A stretch of 32,000 bases of DNA from Edaphobacter aggregans (GTDB lineage Bacteria > Acidobacteriota > Terriglobia > Terriglobales > Acidobacteriaceae). Of this stretch, positions 24,679 through 32,000 are shown one piece after another; position 1 is the stretch's first letter, and each line of letters begins with the position of its first letter. Made by a program: the position numbers and the translations under genes. Under the pieces are notes generated by a model. The model was not told the origin of the DNA. It did no database searches and worked only from the letters and a program-made list of their open reading frames with translations. Location: positions 3,510,001-3,542,000 of the forward strand of contig NZ_RSDW01000001.1 of NCBI RefSeq assembly GCF_003945235.1. The letters run 5' to 3'.

Positions 24679-27600
24679 TTAGTCTCCTGCAACCGGTTGA
24701 GGTACATGCACCGGTGCCGGATGCTTCCTCGCAAAGCGCACCCGCAGCCGATCAAAGAACAGATAGACTACCGGCGTCGTAAACAGCGTCAGCGCCTGCG
24801 AGACGATCAGGCCGCCGACGATCGCGATTCCCAGCGGCCGCCGCAGCTCACTTCCTGTGCCACGGCCCAACGCCAGCGGAAGACCACCAAGCATCGCCGC
24901 CATCGTCGTCATCATGATCGGACGGAAGCGCAGCAGGCATGCTTCGTAGATCGCCTCCCGTGGAGTCTTGCCGCCTTCACGCTCGGCTACCAGCGCAAAG
25001 TCGATCATCATGATGGCGTTCTTCTTCACGATGCCGATCAGCAGGATGATGCCGATCATCGCAATAACGCTCAACTCCACCTTGAACAGCAGCAGCGCGA
25101 CAAGCGCGCCGACTCCGGCAGAAGGCAGCGTCGAAAGAATCGTCAGCGGATGGATGAAGCTCTCGTAGAGCATGCCCAGGACGATGTAAACCGCAACCAG
25201 CGCCAGCAGAATCAGCATCGGCTCGCTCGACAGCGACGCCTGGAAGGCCTGCGCCGTTCCCTGGAAGCCGCCGTGAATCGTCGACGGCATTCCAATGTTG
25301 ACGCGAGCCTGTTCAATCGCCACAGTGGCGTCGCTCAGCGACACACCGGGTGTGAGATTGAAGCTCAGAGTTGCGGCAGGCGATTGCGACTGGTGGTTGA
25401 CCGTCAGCGGGATGCGCTGCTCCTCGAAGTGGGTGATCGCGCTGAGCGGAACCATTGCCCCGGTCGTGCTCTTGACGTAAATATTCTTCAAAGAATCCGG
25501 ATCACGCTGATACTGCGGCGCAACCTCCATCACAACGTGGTACTGGTTCAGAGGCCGGTAGGTCGTCGATACCTGCCGTTGCCCAAAGGCGTCCGACAAG
25601 GTCGCATCGATCGTCAGCGGCGAAACGCCAAGGCGGCTGGCCGTATCGCGGTCGATCACCAACTGCGCGCGCAGCCCCTGGTTCTGCTGGTCGGTTGCGA
25701 CGTCCTTGAGCTCAGGCAGCTTCTGCATGGCCGCCATCAGCTTCGGCGCCCATTCATTCAGGTCGTTGAGGTTATCGGCAGTCAGTGAATACTGGTACTG
25801 AGTCGCCGTGTTGCGCCCACCGATGCGCAGTTCCTGCTGCGACTGCAGATAAAGCTGTACGCCCGGAATATTCGCAGTCTTCGGACGCAGACGATTGATG
25901 ACGACCTCAGCGTTGTCCCCTGTCCTCTGCCGTTCAGCGTCAGGCTTGAGGAAGATGAACATGTTTCCAGAGTTGGCACCACCGCCGCCTGGACCGCCGC
26001 CGCCAACGAACGCCATTGTGTTCTCTACAGCAGGATCGTTCGCTACGATCTCAGCCAGGTGCGCCACATTCGGCTTCATCGTGTCGAACGAGACGTCCTG
26101 CTGGCCGCGTATCTGGCCTCCAATACGTCCCGTGTCCTGTTGCGGGAAGAATCCCTTAGGAATAAGGATGTAGAGATAGACATTCAGCGCAAACGTCAGA
26201 ATCGTAATGGTCAACACAAGACCCTGGTGCCCAAGCACCCACTTCAAGCCGCGCTCGTACTCTTCCGTAAGCCAGGCCAGGCCCCTCTCACCCCAGCGAT
26301 AGAAGACGCCATGCTTCCCGGTGCCGTGCGGTTTGAGGAACTTCGCGCTGAGCATCGGCGTCGTCGTTAGCGAGACGACCAGCGAGACCATGATCGCCGC
26401 CGACAGCGTTACGGCAAACTCGCGGAACAGCCGACCCACAATTCCGCCCATCAGCAGGATGGGAATGAAGACCGCGATCAGCGACGTACTCATCGAGACG
26501 ACGGTGAAGCCGATCTCTTTCGACCCGATCATCGCCGCATCAAACGGAGACTTACCGTTTTCAAGATGCCGGCTGATGTTTTCGATTACGACAATCGCGT
26601 CGTCGACGACAAACCCGGTCGAAATTGTCAGCGCCATCAGGCTCAGGTTGTCCAGCGTATATCCCAGCAGGTACATCACGCCGAAGGTGCCCAACAAGCT
26701 GAGCGGCACCGACACGCTGGGAATCAGTGTCGACCGTACCTCCCTCAGGAAGACGAACACCACCAGAATCACCAGCACGATCGAGATGATCAGCGTTTGC
26801 GTGACATCTTTGACCGAGGCTCGGATGGTCGTCGTGCGGTCCAACGCTACGTGAAGCTGCACTGCCGGAGGTACCGCCGCCTGCAGCGATGGCAGCAGGT
26901 TCAGCACATTGTCCACAGTCTGGATTACATTCGCCGTTGACGTCTTGAAGACGATAACGAGGATCGCCGGCCTGCCGTTGAAAAGACCGCCCGTGTGAAT
27001 GTCCTCAACACTGTCGATCACATCGGCTACGTCTTGAATTCGCACCACACCATGCGCTGCTGCGGCTGGAGATGCTGAAGCTGCACTTGCAGTCGTAGTA
27101 GCGGGGGTCCCGACGACTGTATTGACGCTGGCCACTGCACTTGCAGATGACGCGGGCAACCCGGTATCTGCAGCCGCCGAGCTTACCGGCCCTTTGTCCG
27201 TCGCGACGATCAGCGGAGCGTACTCCGATGCGCCGAACAGCTGGTCCGTTGTGCTGACCATCCAGCGTCGCGTCTCATCCTGCAGATATCCCTTCGGCTG
27301 GTTCACGTTCACCGTGCCGATGGCTGCGCGCAGCGCCTCAAGCCCCACGCCGTAGTTGAACAACTGCGTCGGGTTGGCCTCGATACGCACTGCAGGCTTG
27401 GCGCTGCCGCCGCAGAACGTCTGGCCAACGCCATCCACCTGGGCGATCTTCTGCGCCAGAATGCTGTCGCAGGCATCGTAAAGCTCAGGCACAGAGAGCG
27501 TGTCCGAGGTCAGCGCAAGAATCAGGATCGGCGAATCCGAAGGGTTGATCTTTCTGTACGTCGGATTGCTCGGCAGGTTCGCAGGCAGTTGGCTCCGCGC

Positions 27601-28011
27601 CGCATTGATCGCCGCCTGAACGTCGCGCGCCGCGCCATTTACATCGCGGCTCAGGTCGAACTGCAGCGTAATGGAGGCATTGCCCAACCCAGACGACGAC
27701 GTCATCTCATTGATGCCGGCAATCTTGGCGAACTGCCGCTCGAGCGGAGTCGCAACTGCCGACGCCATTGTCTCCGGGTCCGCTCCCGGCAGGCTCGCAC
27801 CCACCGAAATTACCGGATACTCAACCTGCGGCAGACTCGCTACAGGCAGCAGCTTATAAGCGACCGCGCCCGCCAAAATGATTGCGATCGACAGCAGTGT
27901 CGTCGCGACCGGACGCTTGATGAAAGGCGCGGAGAAGTGCACGCCCTCCGCGGAACGCTTCTCCGCTGTCTTCATCGCCGCAGCTAGATCGTGATTTTCT
28001 TCGTAAGCCAT
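24679..28011 (-). CDS. mdtC: RND multidrug efflux permease, MdtC-like (second RND gene of operon)
   Basis: The start overlaps the stop of the upstream RND gene (TGATG). Contains APFIKRPVATTLL, ...[16 protein letters not shown]..., ...[15 protein letters not shown]... and [14 protein letters not shown]. It is 1110 aa because of an Ala/Ser/Thr-rich insert of about 49 aa. An alternative start is Met13. Confidence 0.9.
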   Translation of the reverse strand: MAYEENHDLAAAMKTAEKRSAEGVHFSAPFIKRPVATTLLSIAIILAGAVAYKLLPVASLPQVEYPVISVGASLPGADPETMASAVATPLERQFAKIAGINEMTSSSGLGNASITLQFDLSRDVNGAARDVQAAINAARSQLPANLPSNPTYRKINPSDSPILILALTSDTLSVPELYDACDSILAQKIAQVDGVGQTFCGGSAKPAVRIEANPTQLFNYGVGLEALRAAIGTVNVNQPKGYLQDETRRWMVSTTDQLFGASEYAPLIVATDKGPVSSAAADTGLPASSASAVASVNTVVGTPATTTASAASASPAAAAHGVVRIQDVADVIDSVEDIHTGGLFNGRPAILVIVFKTSTANVIQTVDNVLNLLPSLQAAVPPAVQLHVALDRTTTIRASVKDVTQTLIISIVLVILVVFVFLREVRSTLIPSVSVPLSLLGTFGVMYLLGYTLDNLSLMALTISTGFVVDDAIVVIENISRHLENGKSPFDAAMIGSKEIGFTVVSMSTSLIAVFIPILLMGGIVGRLFREFAVTLSAAIMVSLVVSLTTTPMLSAKFLKPHGTGKHGVFYRWGERGLAWLTEEYERGLKWVLGHQGLVLTITILTFALNVYLYILIPKGFFPQQDTGRIGGQIRGQQDVSFDTMKPNVAHLAEIVANDPAVENTMAFVGGGGPGGGGANSGNMFIFLKPDAERQRTGDNAEVVINRLRPKTANIPGVQLYLQSQQELRIGGRNTATQYQYSLTADNLNDLNEWAPKLMAAMQKLPELKDVATDQQNQGLRAQLVIDRDTASRLGVSPLTIDATLSDAFGQRQVSTTYRPLNQYHVVMEVAPQYQRDPDSLKNIYVKSTTGAMVPLSAITHFEEQRIPLTVNHQSQSPAATLSFNLTPGVSLSDATVAIEQARVNIGMPSTIHGGFQGTAQAFQASLSSEPMLILLALVAVYIVLGMLYESFIHPLTILSTLPSAGVGALVALLLFKVELSVIAMIGIILLIGIVKKNAIMMIDFALVAEREGGKTPREAIYEACLLRFRPIMMTTMAAMLGGLPLALGRGTGSELRRPLGIAIVGGLIVSQALTLFTTPVVYLFFDRLRVRFARKHPAPVHVPQPVAGD

Positions 28012-31000
28012 CAGTCTGCACTCACCGCATGTTCATGCTCACGGAACTCCGCATCCGCCTTCGCGGTGTTCAGATACTTCCGCCCAATCCGGTCGAAGAA
28101 CAGATACACGACCGGCGTCGTGAACAGCGTCAGAACCTGCGACACGATCAATCCACCGACGATTGATATTCCCAGCGGCTGTCGCAACTCGCTTCCGGTG
28201 CCGCGTCCCATCGCCAGCGGCAGGCCGCCGAGCAGCGCTGCCATCGTCGTCATCATGATCGGACGGAAGCGCAACAGGCAGGCCTGATAGATCGCCTCCT
28301 CTGGCTCCATTCCATGCTCGCGCTCAGCTTCAAGCGCAAAGTCGATCATCATGATGGCGTTCTTCTTCACGATGCCGATCAGCAGGATGATGCCGATCAG
28401 TGCAATCACGCTCAGGTTGACGTGGAAGATAAGCAGCGCCAGAATCGCACCAACACCGGCCGACGGCAGCGTCGACAGAATCGTGATGGGATGGATATAG
28501 CTCTCGTACAACACACCCAGCACGATGTAGACGACGATGAGCGCCGCAAGAATCAACAGCGGCTCGTTGGTCAGCGATGCTTCAAACGCGCGGGCTGAAC
28601 CCTGGAACTCCGCATTGACGCTCGCCGGCAGTCCAAGCTCCTGTTTGGCGCGGTTCACCGCTTCGACAGCATCGCCGATTGACTTGCCCGGCGCGAGATT
28701 GAACGAAATCGTCACAGCAGGGAACTGCCCCTGATGGTTGATCGCCAGAGACGATTGTCTCTCCTCGATGTGGGTAAATGTCGAAAGCGGTACCTGTGTC
28801 CCGTTCGAGCTCTTCACGTAAATATTGTTCAGCGCGTCGGTGGTCCGCTGGAACTTCGGTGCCACCTCCAGCACGACGTGGTATTGGTTCTGCTGCGTAA
28901 AGATCGTCGAGACCTGCCGCTGTCCAAATGCATCATCCAGCGTGTCATCGATGTTCTGCGGTGTGATGCCCAGCCGCGCCGCTGTATCGCGGTCGATGAC
29001 AAGATGAGCCTCGAGACCGCTCAACTGCTGGTCGCTTGCGACGTCAGTCAGCACCGGAATCTGGCGCAGCTTATCGACCAACTTCTGCGACCATATCGCC
29101 AACTCATCCGCATTGGCGTCCTCAACCGAGAACTGATACTGCGTCCGGCTCACACGGTCATCTACGGTCAAATCCTGCAACGGCTGCAGGAAGCACTGAA
29201 TCCCCTCTACCTGCGCCAGTCTGGGTTGCAACCGCTGAATCACGTCCAACGCCGAAGATCTGCCCGACTCCCTGTCCCTCAGGTTGATCTGGATGCGGCC
29301 GCTATTCAGTGTGAAGTTCGTCCCATCGATTCCAATAAACGAAGACACGCTCTCCACGTCCTGATCCTGGAGGATGATCTTCGCCAGCTCCTGCTGACGT
29401 GCGGCCATCGCATTGAAGCTGATGGACTGCGGAGCCTCCGTGATGCCCAGCAGCACGCCCGTGTCCTGCACCGGGAAGAATCCCTTGGGTACGATGATGT
29501 ACAGGTACACCGTCAGCAGAAACGTCGCCAGCGTTACCAGCAACGTCAGCGTCTGATGACGCAACACCCACTTCACGCCTTTGCCGTACTTCGCAATCAC
29601 ATACTCGAAGAACTCTTCGCTCTTGCGATAGAAGGCGTTCTGCTCGTTCTCCGGCGTATGCTTCAGCAGTTTGGCGCTCATCATCGGCGTCAGCGTCAGC
29701 GATACAACGGCAGAAACAAGAATCGTCACGGCCAGCGTCACGGCGAACTCGCGGAACAGCCGCCCAACGATATCGCCCATGAACAGCAGCGGAATCAGCA
29801 CAGCGATCAGCGAGACCGTCAACGAAAGAATCGTGAAACCAATCTGCTCCGATCCCTTCAACGCAGCTTCCAGCGGAGAGTCGCCCTCTTCCAGATATCG
29901 CGCGATGTTCTCGATCATTACGATCGCGTCGTCGACGACGAACCCGGTCGAGATCGTCAGTGCCATCAGGCTTAGGTTGTTCAGGCTGTATCCCAACAGA
30001 TACATCACTCCGAACGTACCCACAATCGACAGCGGCACCGCAACGGAAGGAATGATCGTCGCCGCAATCGACCGCAGGAACAGGAAGATGACCATGACCA
30101 CCAGGGCGATGGTCAGGATCAGCGAGAACTGTACGTCCTTCACCGATGCCCGGATGGTGGCGGTTCGGTCGGTCAGCACCTGCACCGTCACACTGGTCGG
30201 CAGCGTGGAGCGCAGTTGCGGCAGAAGTCGGTTCACCTCATCCACGACCCCAATGATGTTCGCGCCGGGCTGCCGTTGGATGTTGACGATTACCGCCGGC
30301 TTGAGCGTCAAGTCACGCGCCGGCTGATTCCCAGCGGCTGGCCGCGCCGACATTCCAACCCAGGCCGCTTGATACAGGTTCTCTGCACTGTCGATCGCAG
30401 TCGCAACATCCGACAGCCGCACCGGCGACCCATTCCGGTACGCGATGATCACCTGGTTGTAGTCTTTGCTCGAGAGCAGCTGATCGTTCGCGCCGATCGT
30501 ATACGCCTGCCGCAGACCACTCAGATTTCCCTTGGCCTGGTCGACATTGGCCGTGCCCAGCGCTGTCCGTATGTCCTCGAGACTCAACCCATAGTTCGCC
30601 AATGCTGTCGGATTCGCCTGAATCCGCACCGCAGGCTTCTGTCCGCCATTGATCGACACCAAACCCACGCCAGAGAGCTGCGAGATCTTCTGCGCCATCA
30701 CCGTGTCGGCCAAGTCCTCGACCTTCGACAGCTCCAGCGTGTCGCTCGTCAAGGACAACGTCATGATCGGCGCGTCAGCCGGATTCACCTTGCTGTACAC
30801 CGGCGGATTCGGCAGGTCCTTTGGCAGGTATGTAAACGCTGCGTTGATCGCCGCCTGCACATCCTGCTGGGCGATGTCGATCGACTCCGACAACTCGAAC
30901 TGCAGCGTGATCACGCTGCCGCCGCCCGAGCTGGTCGATGTCATCTGACTCAGTCCTGGTATCTGCCCGAACTGCCGTTCCAGCGGAGCCGTCACCGAAG

Positions 31001-31181
31001 AAGCCATCACGTCGGGGCTGGCTCCCGGATAGAACGTCATTACCTGAATCGTCGGATAATCCACCTGCGGGAGTGCCGAAACCGGCAACTGGTAGTACGC
31101 GACGGCACCCGCAAGCAAAATGGCCACCATCAAAAGCGAGGTGGCCACCGGCCTAAGAATAAATGGCCTTGATGGGCTCAT
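28011..31181 (-). CDS. mdtB: RND multidrug efflux permease, MdtB-like (first RND gene of operon)
   Basis: ATGA overlap with the adaptor gene. Long stretches match E. coli MdtB as I recall it ([15 protein letters not shown]...[16 protein letters not shown]...YPGASPDVM...[11 protein letters not shown]; [18 protein letters not shown]; [18 protein letters not shown]). Confidence 0.9.
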   Translation of the reverse strand: MSPSRPFILRPVATSLLMVAILLAGAVAYYQLPVSALPQVDYPTIQVMTFYPGASPDVMASSVTAPLERQFGQIPGLSQMTSTSSGGGSVITLQFELSESIDIAQQDVQAAINAAFTYLPKDLPNPPVYSKVNPADAPIMTLSLTSDTLELSKVEDLADTVMAQKISQLSGVGLVSINGGQKPAVRIQANPTALANYGLSLEDIRTALGTANVDQAKGNLSGLRQAYTIGANDQLLSSKDYNQVIIAYRNGSPVRLSDVATAIDSAENLYQAAWVGMSARPAAGNQPARDLTLKPAVIVNIQRQPGANIIGVVDEVNRLLPQLRSTLPTSVTVQVLTDRTATIRASVKDVQFSLILTIALVVMVIFLFLRSIAATIIPSVAVPLSIVGTFGVMYLLGYSLNNLSLMALTISTGFVVDDAIVMIENIARYLEEGDSPLEAALKGSEQIGFTILSLTVSLIAVLIPLLFMGDIVGRLFREFAVTLAVTILVSAVVSLTLTPMMSAKLLKHTPENEQNAFYRKSEEFFEYVIAKYGKGVKWVLRHQTLTLLVTLATFLLTVYLYIIVPKGFFPVQDTGVLLGITEAPQSISFNAMAARQQELAKIILQDQDVESVSSFIGIDGTNFTLNSGRIQINLRDRESGRSSALDVIQRLQPRLAQVEGIQCFLQPLQDLTVDDRVSRTQYQFSVEDANADELAIWSQKLVDKLRQIPVLTDVASDQQLSGLEAHLVIDRDTAARLGITPQNIDDTLDDAFGQRQVSTIFTQQNQYHVVLEVAPKFQRTTDALNNIYVKSSNGTQVPLSTFTHIEERQSSLAINHQGQFPAVTISFNLAPGKSIGDAVEAVNRAKQELGLPASVNAEFQGSARAFEASLTNEPLLILAALIVVYIVLGVLYESYIHPITILSTLPSAGVGAILALLIFHVNLSVIALIGIILLIGIVKKNAIMMIDFALEAEREHGMEPEEAIYQACLLRFRPIMMTTMAALLGGLPLAMGRGTGSELRQPLGISIVGGLIVSQVLTLFTTPVVYLFFDRIGRKYLNTAKADAEFREHEHAVSAD

Positions 31182-32000
31182 GGACGCGTACCCCCTGCAT
31201 TACCCGGCTGTCCGTGCTGCTGATTCTGTCCGGCCTGTCCCGCATTGCCGGTAGGCGCCGAAGTTCCCGTTTGAGCGCCTATCGAGTCCGCCGCAAAAAC
31301 ACGAGTCGCCTTTGTCGGGATCACTCTGCTTCCGTTGCGCAGCTTCTCCTGGCCATCCACAACCACCGAATCGCCCACACTCACGCCGTCTTTCAGGATC
31401 ACCTGTGTGCCTTCCGTTACATCGACCGTTACCGGCCTTGCCTCGGCCCAGAAAGGCGCCTGATTCTGCTTTCCGCCGCCATTGCCTGCACCAGCACCTG
31501 CAGCTGGCGCCCCGGCATTCGTAGCTCCCGCAGCGCGTCTGCGCCTGCCCTGGGTGCCGCTATCGCTGCCGTTGGTCAGCAGATTCGCCGGAGGATCTCC
31601 CGGATGCACCAGGTACACAAAGCTCCCCTGGGTTCCGCTCTGTAGCGCAGCCGCCGGAATCACCAGCGAGTTCGCTCTCTGCTCCAGGATCAACCGCACG
31701 TTCACAAATTGGTTCGGGAACAGCGCCCCGTCCTTGTTGTCGAAGACGGCCTTTACCTTTACTGTGCCCGTCGTCGTATCAATCTGGTTGTCTACCGTCA
31801 GCACTTTGCCGCTCGCCAGGTGCGTCGTGCCCGACCGGTCATAGGCCTCAACAGCCAGGGTATGGCCGTTCCGCGTCAGCTTCAGCACATCCTGCAGATG
31901 ATCCTCCGGCAGTGTGAAGATCACAGCGATCGGCTGCAACTGCGTCACCACCAGCAATCCGGTCGTATCTGCGGCATGAACGATGTTGCCCGGATCAACC
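31178..32000 (-). CDS. mdtA: RND efflux periplasmic adaptor (membrane fusion protein), MdtA-like; N-terminus outside window
   Basis: The frame stays open to base 32000 (...[33 protein letters not shown]..., a typical adaptor beta-barrel motif). The ORF-track 'M' at 31957 is an internal TTG. Contains a Gly/Ala-rich insert and tail. Confidence 0.85.
   Translation of the reverse strand, partial: VDPGNIVHAADTTGLLVVTQLQPIAVIFTLPEDHLQDVLKLTRNGHTLAVEAYDRSGTTHLASGKVLTVDNQIDTTTGTVKVKAVFDNKDGALFPNQFVNVRLILEQRANSLVIPAAALQSGTQGSFVYLVHPGDPPANLLTNGSDSGTQGRRRRAAGATNAGAPAAGAGAGNGGGKQNQAPFWAEARPVTVDVTEGTQVILKDGVSVGDSVVVDGQEKLRNGSRVIPTKATRVFAADSIGAQTGTSAPTGNAGQAGQNQQHGQPGNAGGTRP

Noticed and set aside
24670-25788. 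Long plus-strand ORFs antisense to the RND genes (24670-25788, 372 aa; 28734-29975, 413 aa; 30216-31172, 318 aa)
   Set aside because: Their products are extremely Arg/Gln/His-rich low-complexity sequences (RRQRRKNRQR...), as expected from reading a GC-rich gene backwards. They have no RBS, and the opposite strand encodes unmistakable RND permease sequence.

Overview
This 32-kb chromosomal window comes from a moderately high-GC Gram-negative bacterium. The gene content (TonB-receptor tail, TPR and Tat proteins, GH3 with PA14, DUF1684, MdtABC-type efflux) suggests a soil Acidobacteriota-like genome, but that is inference only. I support about 21 protein genes, one intact tRNA-Phe(GAA), three good intrinsic terminators and several repeats. 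The main finding is at 6273-13139. The 3' 49 nt of the tRNA-Phe gene plus 18 bp of downstream flank (67 bp, 65/67 identical) occurs twice in direct orientation 6.8 kb apart. The distal copy sits in a non-foldable pseudo-tRNA and is followed by the only terminator-like hairpin. A perfect 20-bp inverted repeat lies just inside each end. The enclosed DNA has no recombinase-sized ORF. It carries a four-gene minus-strand operon: LctP-family permease, 72-aa membrane protein, leaderless gamma-glutamyltransferase homologue, and DASS/SLC13 permease with TrkA-C domains. I read this as an integrase-less, tRNA-targeted cargo islet. Other items worth a second look:
- a two-TM protein with a near-perfect 18-bp (PAEAIK) tandem array
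- a tightly linked TPR / Tat-exported phosphatase-superfamily-like / unknown 402-aa module
- a 17-bp motif shared by two intergenic regions
- twin TTTGCAAA palindromes at a divergent promoter region
- low-complexity insertions and a 67-bp identical block in the mdtABC-like operon

All family calls come from motif recognition by eye; no searches were run.
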